From: Gemmatimonadales bacterium
GTDB lineage: Bacteria > Gemmatimonadota > Gemmatimonadetes > Gemmatimonadales > GWC2-71-9
Direction: 5' to 3'
DNA length: 64,000 bases
Assembly (NCBI GenBank): GCA_038321865.1
Contig: JBBQFH010000005.1
Coordinates: forward strand, 11,237-75,236
Shown here: piece after piece, positions 55,026 to 64,000 of the stretch
Numbering within the stretch: the stretch's first letter is position 1
Layout of the letters: each line of letters begins with the position of its first letter
Position numbers and translations under genes: made by a program
The notes under the pieces: model-generated
Seen by the model: only the letters and a program-made list of their open reading frames with translations
The model's database searches: none
What the model was told of the DNA's origin: nothing

Positions 55026-57038
55026 TTGCGGCCCATCAGCCTGCTCCTGCCCATCTTCATGGTATCGGCTCCGGCGCTCGCCCAGACCCGGGCGGCGGCG
55101 GCCGGGGATCCGGCGGGGATCGTGTCGGCCGGCCGGCCGCTCCCAGGTCCCGTCTTCGAGATTCCGGAGTTCAGTGCCGCCGTGGCCCGCGGGTCCCGGA
55201 CCCGCACCGGCCGGCCGGGAGCGGCCGGCTGGGTGCAGCAGGCCCGCTATCGAATAGACGCCCGTCTGGACGCCGCCACCTCGCGGCTGACCGGCAACGA
55301 GACCATCACCTACCTCAATCGCTCGCCCGACACCCTCAGACGAATCGCAGTCTACCTGCGCCAGAACGTCTTCGCCGCCGGCAGCCCCCGCCGGGAGCCG
55401 GTGCCGGTCACTGGCGGGGTCTCGCTTTCGCGCGTCGTCGCGGCCGGCCGGGAGCTGCAGCCGATCGACGGGGGCCGGCGGCGCCGGGGCGAGGGAGTGG
55501 CCGCGGGCTATCAGACGAGCGGCACCGTCATGTGGATTCAACTTCCGGCGCCGCTCCTGCCACATGACAGCGTCGGACTCGAGTTCGGCTGGTCCTTCAC
55601 CCCGCCCACGGGGCCTGCGGATGGCCGCGAGGGAATGGAAGATCACCTGTACTTCTTCGGGTACTGGTACCCTCAGGTTGCCGTGTACGACGACGTAAAC
55701 GGCTGGGTGACCGACCCTTACCTCAATGGCGCCGAGTTCTACATGGACCCGGCCGACTACGAGGTGCGGTTGACGGTTCCCCACGGCTGGGTCGTTGGCG
55801 CGACCGGCGTCCTCCAGGACCCGGCGACGGTACTCTCGCGCCGCTCGCTCGACCGGCTGGCCCTGGCTCGGCGCGGGCGCAGCCCGGTTCGTGTGATCGG
55901 CGCCGACGACCGCGGCACCGGTGGCGGCTTCGCGCCCGGTGGCGCCGCGGCGGTCTGGCATTTCCGGGCGACGGATGTGCGGGACTTCGCCTGGGGAACC
56001 AGCGACCGGTACGCGTGGGATGCCGCGAGCGCCGTCGTCCGCGACTCGGCGCGGGGCCGCGCCGACACGGTGGCGATCAGCAGCTTCTTCCGGCTCGACA
56101 GCGCGGCGGCCGCGTGGCCGCTGGGCGGAGCGCGCTACACCCGCGATGCGATCGAGCAGATGTCGGCCTATCTCTGGCCGTATCCCTACCCGCAGATGAC
56201 CTCCATGGAGGGCGTGATCAACAGCGGCGGGATGGAATATCCGATGATGACGCTGATGCAGCCGTGGGCCGATACCCTCTCGCTCGCCGGCGACCTGATG
56301 CACGAGACCGGTCACATGTGGTTCCCGATGCAGGTCGGCTCCAACGAGACTCGCCATCCGTGGATGGATGAGGGCCTGACCCAGTTCGACGTCGCCCAGG
56401 CGATGCGTGTCCTCTACGGCGAGCCTCGGCCCGGCGGGCGTCCCAACGACTCCGAGCAGGGCCAGCGCGGGCGCTACCTGCGCGCGGTGCAGACCGGCCA
56501 CGACCAGCGCCTCATGGTCTGGGGCGACCTGTTCCCGCTCGAGTTCTACTCGATGTACTACGACAAGACGGCACAGGTCCTCGCCGCGCTGCGGGGCGTG
56601 CTGGGTGAGGACGTGTTCCACCGAGCGCTGCGGGAGTATGGCCACCGCTGGGTGGGTCGCCACCCCTATCCGGCCGACTTCTTCAACACCTTCAGCGACG
56701 TGTCGGGTCGCGACCTGTCGTGGTTCTGGCAGAGCTGGTTCGACGAGGCATGGCCGCTCGACCAGGCGATCGCATCGGTCCGGCAGGACGGTGATTCGGT
56801 CACGATCGGCGTGGAGGATCACGGACTCGCGCCGATGCCGGTCCGGCTGGCCATCACCCGGACCGGCGGCGCGGTGGAACGGGTCGAGCTGCCGGTGGAT
56901 GTCTGGCTGCACGGGGCCCGCACCGCCCCGGTCAGGGTCGCGGCGAATCCCGCCATCACCCGCGTCGAGATCGATCCCGATCAGGCATTCCCGGACCTGA
57001 ACCGCGACAACAACGTCTGGCAGCGGTCGGCGCGGTGA
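55026..57038 (+). CDS. M1 family metallopeptidase (secreted)
   Basis: TGRPG, YWYPQVAVYDDV.GW, GGMEYPM, HETGHMWFPM...WMDEG, HPYP.DFF; start uncertain (TTG 55026 or ATG 54945). Confidence 0.9.
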   Translation: MRPISLLLPIFMVSAPALAQTRAAAAGDPAGIVSAGRPLPGPVFEIPEFSAAVARGSRTRTGRPGAAGWVQQARYRIDARLDAATSRLTGNETITYLNRSPDTLRRIAVYLRQNVFAAGSPRREPVPVTGGVSLSRVVAAGRELQPIDGGRRRRGEGVAAGYQTSGTVMWIQLPAPLLPHDSVGLEFGWSFTPPTGPADGREGMEDHLYFFGYWYPQVAVYDDVNGWVTDPYLNGAEFYMDPADYEVRLTVPHGWVVGATGVLQDPATVLSRRSLDRLALARRGRSPVRVIGADDRGTGGGFAPGGAAAVWHFRATDVRDFAWGTSDRYAWDAASAVVRDSARGRADTVAISSFFRLDSAAAAWPLGGARYTRDAIEQMSAYLWPYPYPQMTSMEGVINSGGMEYPMMTLMQPWADTLSLAGDLMHETGHMWFPMQVGSNETRHPWMDEGLTQFDVAQAMRVLYGEPRPGGRPNDSEQGQRGRYLRAVQTGHDQRLMVWGDLFPLEFYSMYYDKTAQVLAALRGVLGEDVFHRALREYGHRWVGRHPYPADFFNTFSDVSGRDLSWFWQSWFDEAWPLDQAIASVRQDGDSVTIGVEDHGLAPMPVRLAITRTGGAVERVELPVDVWLHGARTAPVRVAANPAITRVEIDPDQAFPDLNRDNNVWQRSAR

Positions 57039-57105
57039 CGCCCCCGCTTGACGGCACCTTGCCCGCATTCTATGTAGGCAGTGCCGGCCGGACGTTTCTC
57101 TCGCA

Positions 57106-57612
57106 GTGGAGCGCAACATGACATGTCACCGGACTCACCCGATCCTGCTGACTTTCGGCGTTCTGGCCTCGTCGTGCAGCTCCGGAGACCGTGCGAGCGG
57201 TGCCCCCGCCGCCGACACCCTAATCTCGCCCGGCACAGTGCACGCCGCATCGACGACGGTACCGAACCCGCTCGCCGCGATGGCTGGAATCTGGGATATG
57301 CGCGTACTGAGCCGGAAGGGCGACAGCCTGGCGGCGTATACCCTGGTCGCGACCACCGATTCGAGCGGCTGGAGCATGAACTTTCGCGGGCGGGAGCCGA
57401 TTCCGCTCCACGTCATCGGCAGCCGGGGAGACAGTGTGATGGCCGAGGTGGGCCCCTATGTGAGCGAGCTTCGCCCCGGTATCAGCGTCACGACCAACTT
57501 CGTCGGCCGGATACACAACGACAGCTTCATCGGCAGCTGGGTGGCGCATTATCGGTCCAAGTCGGCCGACTCCGTGCTGCGCGGACGCACCGAGGGTGTC
57601 AAGGCGCGCTGA
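57106..57612 (+). CDS. Hypothetical lipoprotein (paralog of 38837..39316)
   Basis: Lipobox-like ASSC; AGIW, VATTD..GW, GDS....GPY.S.LR, VAHY, RTEG. Confidence 0.78.
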   Translation: MERNMTCHRTHPILLTFGVLASSCSSGDRASGAPAADTLISPGTVHAASTTVPNPLAAMAGIWDMRVLSRKGDSLAAYTLVATTDSSGWSMNFRGREPIPLHVIGSRGDSVMAEVGPYVSELRPGISVTTNFVGRIHNDSFIGSWVAHYRSKSADSVLRGRTEGVKAR

Positions 57613-57627
57613 GCCGCCGAGGCAAGA

Positions 57628-59886
57628 TCAGATCGCAGGCGCCGAGCGGCCTCCCGCGGGGAGGTGCTCCAGCAGATAGCGATTGAGCAGCGAGTAGATG
57701 TGCTGGGTGGTGCCGGGTCCCTCGAAGATCCCGTGGGTCCGGTTGGGATACACCATCAGCTCGAACGGCTTCCCCAGCGCCACGAGGCGGTTGACCAGGC
57801 GCTCGGTGCCCTGGTAGTGCACGTTGTCGTCGCCCGAACCGTGCACGATCAGCAGGTGGCCCCGCAGTCCCTCCGCGAAGTTGATCGCCGACCCGGCCTT
57901 GTAGCCCTCGACGTTCTCCTGGGGAAGCCCCATGTACCGTTCCTGATAGATCGTGTCGTACAGCTTCTGATCCGGGACCGGCGCCACGGCCATCCCGACC
58001 CGGAACAGGTCGGCATCGCGGAACATCGCATTGAGGGTGTTGGTGCCGCCGCCGCTCCAGCCCCAGATCGCCACGCGCGTCGTATCCACGAAGCGATGCA
58101 GCGCCGCCAGCGCGCGAACCCCTGCCGCCTGGTCCGCCGCGGCCAGCACGCCGACCGAGCCGTAGATGCTCTTCCGCCAGGCCCGGCCCTTCGGGGCCGG
58201 CGTGCCGCGGTTGTCGATGCTCACCACGAGGTAGCCCTCGTTGGCGATCATCCGGTGGAAGAGCGTGCCGGCCCCGCCCCACACATCGTTGACCGTCTGG
58301 GCCGCCGGCTCCCCGTACACCTCGACCAGCACCGGGTACGACTTCGTCGAATCGAATCCGGCGGGGCGCATCAGCCAGCCGTCGAGCGGGACGCCCTCCG
58401 GGGTCTTCACATGGAAGAATTCGGTCGGGGGCGCGTGGAGGGCGGCGATCTTCTCGCGAAGCGCCGCGTTGTCTTCCAGCACCCGCACCACGGCGTGCGA
58501 CGGCAGGCGGATCAGCTCGACTCTCGGCGGGGTGTCGAAGCGCGAGGTCGTGTGCACGGCCCAGCGCCCGTCCGGCGAGACGTCGTACCCGTGGCGGCCC
58601 GCCTGATCGGCCGGCGTGACCCGCAGCGCCTTGCCGCCCTTGAGCGGCACCCGGTACAGATAGCGCTGCGTCGCATTGTCGGGGGACGCGAGGAAATAGA
58701 GCAGTCCGCCTTTTTCATCCACACCGGCGAACTGGATCACGTCGTAGGGCCCGTCGGTCAGCTTGCGGAGCCCGCTTCCGTCGCGGCGCATGCTGTAGAC
58801 GTGGCGCCAGCCGTCGCTCTCACTCTGGAACAGCGCGGTCTTCCCGCCATCGATCCAGCGGAAATCCTGCTGGTCGACCCACGCGCTGTCACGGTCGGTG
58901 TGGGCGACGCGGCCTTTGCCGGTCGTCGCGTCGCCGATCCAGAATTCATTGGCGTTCTGCCGCCGGTTGAGGTGCTGCACCAGGAGCGTCGTCGGGTCGG
59001 TCCACTCCACGCCGGCGATGTAGCTCGTGGCGGTGTCGCCGGCCACGTCCATCCAGGTGACGGCACCGCCAGTGGGAGCCACGACGCCGATCGTCACCCG
59101 GGAGTTCGTCGTGCCGGCCTTCGGGTACGGAATCCGTGTCGTGGCCGGATACAGCGAGTCCGTGTCGTTGATGAGCAGGAAGTCGCGGACCGGCGAGGCA
59201 TCGAAGTGCCAGAACGCGATCCGCCGGCCGTCCGGGCTCCACTGGAAGGCCTGGCGGACGTCCAGCTCTTCCTCATAGACCCAGTCCGACGTGCCGTTGA
59301 TGCTGGTGGGAGTTCCGTCGCGAGTCAGGCGCGTGATGGTCCCGTCGGCGAGATTTTCGACATACATGTCGTTCTCCCGCACGTACGCCACGCGACTCCC
59401 GTCCGGTGAAAATGTCGCGAACATCAGCGTGCTGGGCCGCGCGTCACCGCCAAGCTTGGCCAGCTTGCCCGTCTTGCGGTCGAGCACCCAGTAGTCACCG
59501 CGGGTATTTTGGCGCCAGACCTTCTTGGTATTGGTGAAGAGCAGCAGCTTCGAGTTGTCCTCCGACCAGGCGAAGCTCTGGAAGCCGAGCGGGGCGCTGG
59601 CGCCGGCCGGCGTGAGCTGGGCCGCGGTGACCAGCACGGTGCGGGCGTCGGTCGCCGTCTCGTGCCGCACGATCTCCCGGCCGGTGCCGCCGGCGGCCGG
59701 CTCCACGGTCAGAAATCCCGTCCCCCCGTCCACCCAGCGCAGCTGGCCCACGCCGCGGGCGCCGAACTCGTTCGAGAAGATGCGCTGAACCGTAAGACTG
59801 TCGGCCGGGCTCCGGGCGGGCATCTGGGCCGTGAGCCCGGGAGCGACGAGGAGGAGAGTCGCGAGCGTGCTGGCGAAGTGGCGCAT
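57628..59886 (-). CDS. S9B dipeptidyl peptidase IV family protein
   Basis: Signal peptide; NGTSDWVYEEE, YPKAG, VYGEP, GWSGGG, YQERYMG, HGSGDDNVH, YPNRTHGI. Confidence 0.93.
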   Translation of the reverse strand: MRHFASTLATLLLVAPGLTAQMPARSPADSLTVQRIFSNEFGARGVGQLRWVDGGTGFLTVEPAAGGTGREIVRHETATDARTVLVTAAQLTPAGASAPLGFQSFAWSEDNSKLLLFTNTKKVWRQNTRGDYWVLDRKTGKLAKLGGDARPSTLMFATFSPDGSRVAYVRENDMYVENLADGTITRLTRDGTPTSINGTSDWVYEEELDVRQAFQWSPDGRRIAFWHFDASPVRDFLLINDTDSLYPATTRIPYPKAGTTNSRVTIGVVAPTGGAVTWMDVAGDTATSYIAGVEWTDPTTLLVQHLNRRQNANEFWIGDATTGKGRVAHTDRDSAWVDQQDFRWIDGGKTALFQSESDGWRHVYSMRRDGSGLRKLTDGPYDVIQFAGVDEKGGLLYFLASPDNATQRYLYRVPLKGGKALRVTPADQAGRHGYDVSPDGRWAVHTTSRFDTPPRVELIRLPSHAVVRVLEDNAALREKIAALHAPPTEFFHVKTPEGVPLDGWLMRPAGFDSTKSYPVLVEVYGEPAAQTVNDVWGGAGTLFHRMIANEGYLVVSIDNRGTPAPKGRAWRKSIYGSVGVLAAADQAAGVRALAALHRFVDTTRVAIWGWSGGGTNTLNAMFRDADLFRVGMAVAPVPDQKLYDTIYQERYMGLPQENVEGYKAGSAINFAEGLRGHLLIVHGSGDDNVHYQGTERLVNRLVALGKPFELMVYPNRTHGIFEGPGTTQHIYSLLNRYLLEHLPAGGRSAPAI

Positions 59887-60031
59887 GCGATGCCTGTCTG
59901 GTGAAAAGTGGGTGTCGGCCACAGCATGACGCGGGCAGCCGCCATCCTGTTTCGAGTGGTTCCATGTCGGTGAATTCAGTCTAGCTTTCTCCCTAGTCGT
60001 GGCGGTTCGGCACCTGTGCTCCGGAGGTCGC

Positions 60032-60400
60032 ATGCGCATTCCCCTGTTGTCCCTGATCCTCACCATCGCCGCCGGGTGCGCTCACGAGCCCGATGCCATG
60101 CTCGACGGCGTCTGGCAGGCGGCGTTTCAGCCCGTGCCGGGCGTGAACCACACGCTCACGCTCACCCAGCACGGATCAGCCGTCACCGGCACCGGCACCT
60201 GGACCGGCGAGGCGATCAATCCACCGGGCGGGTCGCTCACCGTCTCGGGAACGGCGAGCGATCGCCACGTCCTGCTCACATTCACCTACGACAACAACCG
60301 GACGACCACCTACAAGGCGACGCTTGTGGACGCGACGCACCTGGCGGGCAGCGAGACCTTCGCAGGCGGCACCGACAGCCTGGTCTTCACGAAGGAGTGA
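60032..60400 (+). CDS. Hypothetical lipoprotein
   Basis: GGAGG RBS; lipobox AAGC; Thr/Gly-rich beta strands (LTLTQ.G..VTG). Confidence 0.75.
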   Translation: MRIPLLSLILTIAAGCAHEPDAMLDGVWQAAFQPVPGVNHTLTLTQHGSAVTGTGTWTGEAINPPGGSLTVSGTASDRHVLLTFTYDNNRTTTYKATLVDATHLAGSETFAGGTDSLVFTKE

Positions 60401-60794
60401 CGCGGACCGCCCACCCGGCCGCGATACCGGCGAGGCCCACCAGGGGAATCACCCAGCCGTACCAGCCGGGCTGGCTGGCGGCGGCCGGCGTCGAGCGCAT
60501 CGTCATGGCGCTGATCACGCCCATCACCAGCAGGAGCGCGCCGAGTGCCAGCACGTGCGTACCCGGGCTGCTCGCGGCGAATCGGGTCACCAGCCACCCG
60601 GCCAGCACGGCGGCGAGGAACGAGATGACGAGATTCGCGCCGAGGTACGACGCGGGGAGCCGGCCGGTGGGGCCATTGCGCATGGTGGCGAGTCCGCCGG
60701 GCACCACGGCCGCGGTGGCGGCCATGGTGCCGAGCATGACGACGATCGCCATCACGATGAATCCGCCGAGCACGACGCCAATGCTGCGCAGCAT
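60387..60794 (-). CDS. Hypothetical membrane protein
   Basis: GGAGG RBS; MLRSI..VL.G; four hydrophobic helices; QP.WY. Confidence 0.75.
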   Translation of the reverse strand: MLRSIGVVLGGFIVMAIVVMLGTMAATAAVVPGGLATMRNGPTGRLPASYLGANLVISFLAAVLAGWLVTRFAASSPGTHVLALGALLLVMGVISAMTMRSTPAAASQPGWYGWVIPLVGLAGIAAGWAVRVTPS

Positions 60795-60881
60795 GACGAC
60801 CTCCGGACTAGGGGAAGCTGGATCGGGGATACTCAAGTATATGCGAACCGTTGCCGGACCTGGGTTCCGGGGTCCGTCGCC

Positions 60882-61349
60882 ATGACCAACCCGCCGGTGG
60901 TCAGTGCGGGCATTCTCCTCTATCGCCGTCACGGCGAGGCGCTGGAGGTCCTGCTCGCGCACCCGGGCGGCCCGTTCTGGTCGCACCGCGATGCCGGGGC
61001 GTGGACCATTCCGAAGGGGATCGTGATGGACGGCGAGGGCCTGCTCGCGGCGGCGCAGCGCGAGTTTGCCGAAGAAACCGGCGCTTCACTCGCCGGTCCG
61101 TTCATCGAGCTCGGCTCGGTCCGGCAGAAGGCCGGCAAGGTCGTTCACGCGTGGGCCTGCGCGGGAGACCTCGATCCGGCACGCGCCGTGAGCAATACGA
61201 TGACGACCGAGTGGCCGCGCGGGTCGGGCCGCCGGATCACCTTTCCCGAGATTGACCGCTGCGCCTGGTTCGGGACGGCGGAAGCCCGGACCCGCATCAA
61301 CCCGGCCCAGGCCGAGCTGCTGGAGCGGCTGGAGCGGCTGACTCCATGA
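60882..61349 (+). CDS. NUDIX hydrolase
   Basis: SAGILLYR, LAHPGGPFW, WTIPKG......L.AA.REF.EETG, EWP..SGR...FPEIDR. Confidence 0.92.
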   Translation: MTNPPVVSAGILLYRRHGEALEVLLAHPGGPFWSHRDAGAWTIPKGIVMDGEGLLAAAQREFAEETGASLAGPFIELGSVRQKAGKVVHAWACAGDLDPARAVSNTMTTEWPRGSGRRITFPEIDRCAWFGTAEARTRINPAQAELLERLERLTP

Positions 61350-62332
61350 GCGACGCACTGCGGGACCTGTTTTTCGGCGCCCGTGCGCGGCTGGTCGAGA
61401 CCATCGCCCCCAGGCGCACCTTCGACGATGTGGTGCTGCCGCCGTCCACGCTCGACTCGATCCGTCATGCACTGGCATTGATCCGGAAGCAGGACCTCAT
61501 CTTCCGGCAGTGGGGGCTGGCCGAGCGACATGGCGGCGGCCTGGGTCTGGCGTTCCACTTTGCCGGACCGCCGGGCACCGGCAAGACGATCGCCGCCGAA
61601 GCGATCGCCGCGACGCTGGGACGGGAGCTGCTCGTGGTGCGGTACGCCGAACTGGAATCCCGCTGGGCGGGCCAGACGGCCAAGCACGTCGCCGCGGTCT
61701 TTCGCGCGGCGGCCGACGCCAACGCCGTGCTCTTCTTCGACGAGGCGGACGCGATCGCGGGCCGGCGCTTCACCAACCTGACGCAGGGCTACGAGCGGGA
61801 CTCCAACGCCACCGTCGCGGTGCTGCTGAACGAGCTGGAGCGCTTCCCCGGGGTCGTGATTTTCGCGACCAATCTCGCGACCAACATCGATCCGGCCTTC
61901 GAGCGCCGGATCCGGCACCACATCCGCTTCGAGATGCCGGGACCGTCCGAGCGCGAACGCATCTGGCGCGCGCAGCTCCACGCCACCAAGACCCCGCTCG
62001 CGCCGGACGTGAATTTCGCCGAGCTGGGAGACCGTTTCCAGCGCGCCGGCGGCGACATCAAGAACGCGGTGCTGAAGGCCGCCCAGATGGCGACGCTCGA
62101 GCCGGGCCCCGACGACGAAAAGCGGATTCATCAGCGCCATTTCATCAATGCGATGCAGCAGGTCGTCGGTGCCGGGGAGGTCATGTCGCAGTCGCTGTTC
62201 GACGGCCGCGAGACCGATCCACTCGCGCCGCTGGCCGGCGCCCTCCAGGCGCGGGAGCGGCAGCTCGTCCTGCTCGCGGGGGGCGCGCTGCTGGTCGCGC
62301 TGATCGCGCTCGCCGTGGCGCTGTTCCGCTGA
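61346..62332 (+). CDS. AAA+ ATPase with C-terminal transmembrane helix
   Basis: FDDVVLP, Walker A GPPGTGKT, Walker B LFFDEAD, FATN, DPAFERR; hydrophobic C-terminus; ATGA overlap with NUDIX. Confidence 0.88.
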   Translation: MSDALRDLFFGARARLVETIAPRRTFDDVVLPPSTLDSIRHALALIRKQDLIFRQWGLAERHGGGLGLAFHFAGPPGTGKTIAAEAIAATLGRELLVVRYAELESRWAGQTAKHVAAVFRAAADANAVLFFDEADAIAGRRFTNLTQGYERDSNATVAVLLNELERFPGVVIFATNLATNIDPAFERRIRHHIRFEMPGPSERERIWRAQLHATKTPLAPDVNFAELGDRFQRAGGDIKNAVLKAAQMATLEPGPDDEKRIHQRHFINAMQQVVGAGEVMSQSLFDGRETDPLAPLAGALQARERQLVLLAGGALLVALIALAVALFR

Positions 62333-62333
62333 G

Positions 62334-64000
62334 CTAGTTGGCCGCGAGCGCTGCCCGATACTTGCCGGCCAGGCGCCGGGCAACCTCGATCGCATCCCCC
62401 CGTGGCACCGTCGGGTACCGCTCCCGCCCCCGCGACCACGCCCGCTCCCACGTACACATCGCCTCGGCGTAGGGCCTCCGGTCGAAGGTCGTGCCCTGAT
62501 CCAGCGAGCGGTGCAGGGCCGCAAAGAAGGCGGTCCAGCGCGGCAGATAGTATCCGGTGAACATCCCCTGCCACTGCTTGTAGGCGTACAGGTTGAGGTC
62601 GTCGTTCTGGCCTTCGGTGCATTTCTCGCCCCAGAGCGTGATGATGTTCCGCGCATTCCACTGGTAGAGCGCCCGTTCGCCGGGCGTTCGCCCCCAGCGC
62701 CCGGCGTCCTCGAGCCACCGGCCAAGGAGAAATTCCGGCCGCGTGCCGACCAGCTCGTCCAGATCGCGGAGCAGGCCGGTGATGCGCCGCTCGGCGCCTG
62801 CGATCCCCACCCGATCCTTGCGTTCGTATGCCGCCTGCAGCGCATTGACCAGCGGCAGCCCGAGCCCACCGAGGACCTGGCGCGTGAGGTTGACGACATC
62901 GTAGCGGTAGGCGTCGTTCGTCGCGAGGCCGTCGGACGCCGCGAGCAGCGTATCCAGCGCCTGCGCCAGCACCCGTGCGTCATACGGCGGCGTCGGCTGT
63001 GTGCGGTACGCCGCCTTCGGGTCATAAAACCCCGGCCGCTCGGCGAGAAAGGTTCCGGTCTGCTGGGCGGACCGGTACGCTGTCGCGAGCAGCAGCCGCC
63101 ACGCGTTCCAGGCGTGCGCCCCGGGCCCGCCGTAGCGGCGGCTGACGTACTCGTGCGCCCATGCCTCGAGATCGGGTACACGGTCGCGCCAGGCGAGGTC
63201 CATCACGAAATCGGGCACGATCGGGTTGTATCCCAGGCCCTCCATCATCATGCCGAGTCCGGCGAGCCTGCCCCGGGCCGGACTGCGGAGCGCGTCGCCG
63301 AGATTCGCGGCGATCTTTGGCAGATCGCCGTTGACGGTGACCTGGCCGCCGAAGTTGTACAGCACGTTCCAGATCCACGGCTTGCCGTAGAACGCCTGCC
63401 GCTCCTTCCAGACCGGATGGAGGTCGCCGTAGAGATCGAGCACCAGCATGCGATCATCAGGCACCGCCCCAAGGAGCGCCCGCGCCTGCGGCTCCTTCCA
63501 GAATTTGGCCTGGTAATAGAGAAACCACCCCTGCAGCACCCACACCGCGTCGGGATCCGCGGCGTGCATCGACTCGTACACCGTGCGCCCCATCCCGGCG
63601 AGAAACACGGAGTCGTTCGTCGGCGGGTCGATTTCGTTGAAGCTGTCGGCGGCGTAGAAGTGGTCGGTGCCGAAGAGCTCGGTCTGCCGCTCGATGAAGC
63701 GGCGCCCCATCCGCTGGAAAAGCGGGTCGAGCGGGTCGAGGAACCAGGTGCCGGAAAAGCCGGCCGACCAGTCGCCGGTGCGGTGGATCTTCGCCCCCGG
63801 GAAGTGAGCCCGGATCGACTCCGGCACATGGCCGGTAAATCCCTGAAGCACGGGGCGCATGCCCAGCGCCCGCTCGCGCGCGAGGATCCGGCGCTCCAGC
63901 GCCACATGGCTCGTGATCCATGACCGGGGCAGCGGCCCGCCCAGTCCGTCGATGTTGCCCATCCAGCCCCACGGCAGATACGCCGGCCCCACCAGGAACT
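62334..64000 (-). CDS. Alpha-N-acetylglucosaminidase (GH89), 5' end outside window
   Basis: GPAYLPW..MGN..G.GGPLP..W, GM.PVL.GF.GHVP, DSFNE..PP, WV.QGW.F, NFGG, MEG, WNARN.ITLWG, YA.KQW.G. Confidence 0.92.
   Translation of the reverse strand, partial: FLVGPAYLPWGWMGNIDGLGGPLPRSWITSHVALERRILARERALGMRPVLQGFTGHVPESIRAHFPGAKIHRTGDWSAGFSGTWFLDPLDPLFQRMGRRFIERQTELFGTDHFYAADSFNEIDPPTNDSVFLAGMGRTVYESMHAADPDAVWVLQGWFLYYQAKFWKEPQARALLGAVPDDRMLVLDLYGDLHPVWKERQAFYGKPWIWNVLYNFGGQVTVNGDLPKIAANLGDALRSPARGRLAGLGMMMEGLGYNPIVPDFVMDLAWRDRVPDLEAWAHEYVSRRYGGPGAHAWNAWRLLLATAYRSAQQTGTFLAERPGFYDPKAAYRTQPTPPYDARVLAQALDTLLAASDGLATNDAYRYDVVNLTRQVLGGLGLPLVNALQAAYERKDRVGIAGAERRITGLLRDLDELVGTRPEFLLGRWLEDAGRWGRTPGERALYQWNARNIITLWGEKCTEGQNDDLNLYAYKQWQGMFTGYYLPRWTAFFAALHRSLDQGTTFDRRPYAEAMCTWERAWSRGRERYPTVPRGDAIEVARRLAGKYRAALAAN

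Noticed and set aside
57048-57076. TTGACG-N17-TATGTA candidate promoter
   Set aside because: The -10 hexamer lacks the conserved final T; too weak to list

Overview
High-GC (roughly 70% by eye) bacterial chromosomal window, densely coding, with about 60 genes. The secreted peptidases, lipoproteins and small membrane/coiled-coil proteins suggest Gemmatimonadota (inference, not tested). It opens inside an aromatic/tryptophan catabolic operon: acyl-CoA ligase, RidA, thiolase, 3-hydroxyacyl-CoA dehydrogenase, enoyl-CoA hydratase, two hydrolases and tryptophan 2,3-dioxygenase. Most of the rest encodes exported hydrolases (three M1, one M13 and one S9 peptidase, an Ntn acylase, GH36-like and GH89 glycosidases), a TonB-dependent receptor and small regulators. 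I saw no tRNA, rRNA, transposase, integrase or CRISPR array. The best candidate for an undescribed system is a translationally coupled pair at 33486-35539. One gene is a heme oxygenase fused to a putative phycobiliprotein-like helical domain. The other is a CarH-type B12-binding protein (W-x9-EH plus NxHxxG) carrying a Cys4 zinc-finger-like N-terminus instead of a DNA-binding domain. Together they could be a split B12/biliverdin light or redox sensor. Other oddities: a 21-bp periodic array (14269-14700), a stand-alone exported kinase-like protein, a tail-anchored AAA ATPase and an internally deleted YciI remnant. All family calls come from motif recognition by eye; no database searches were run.
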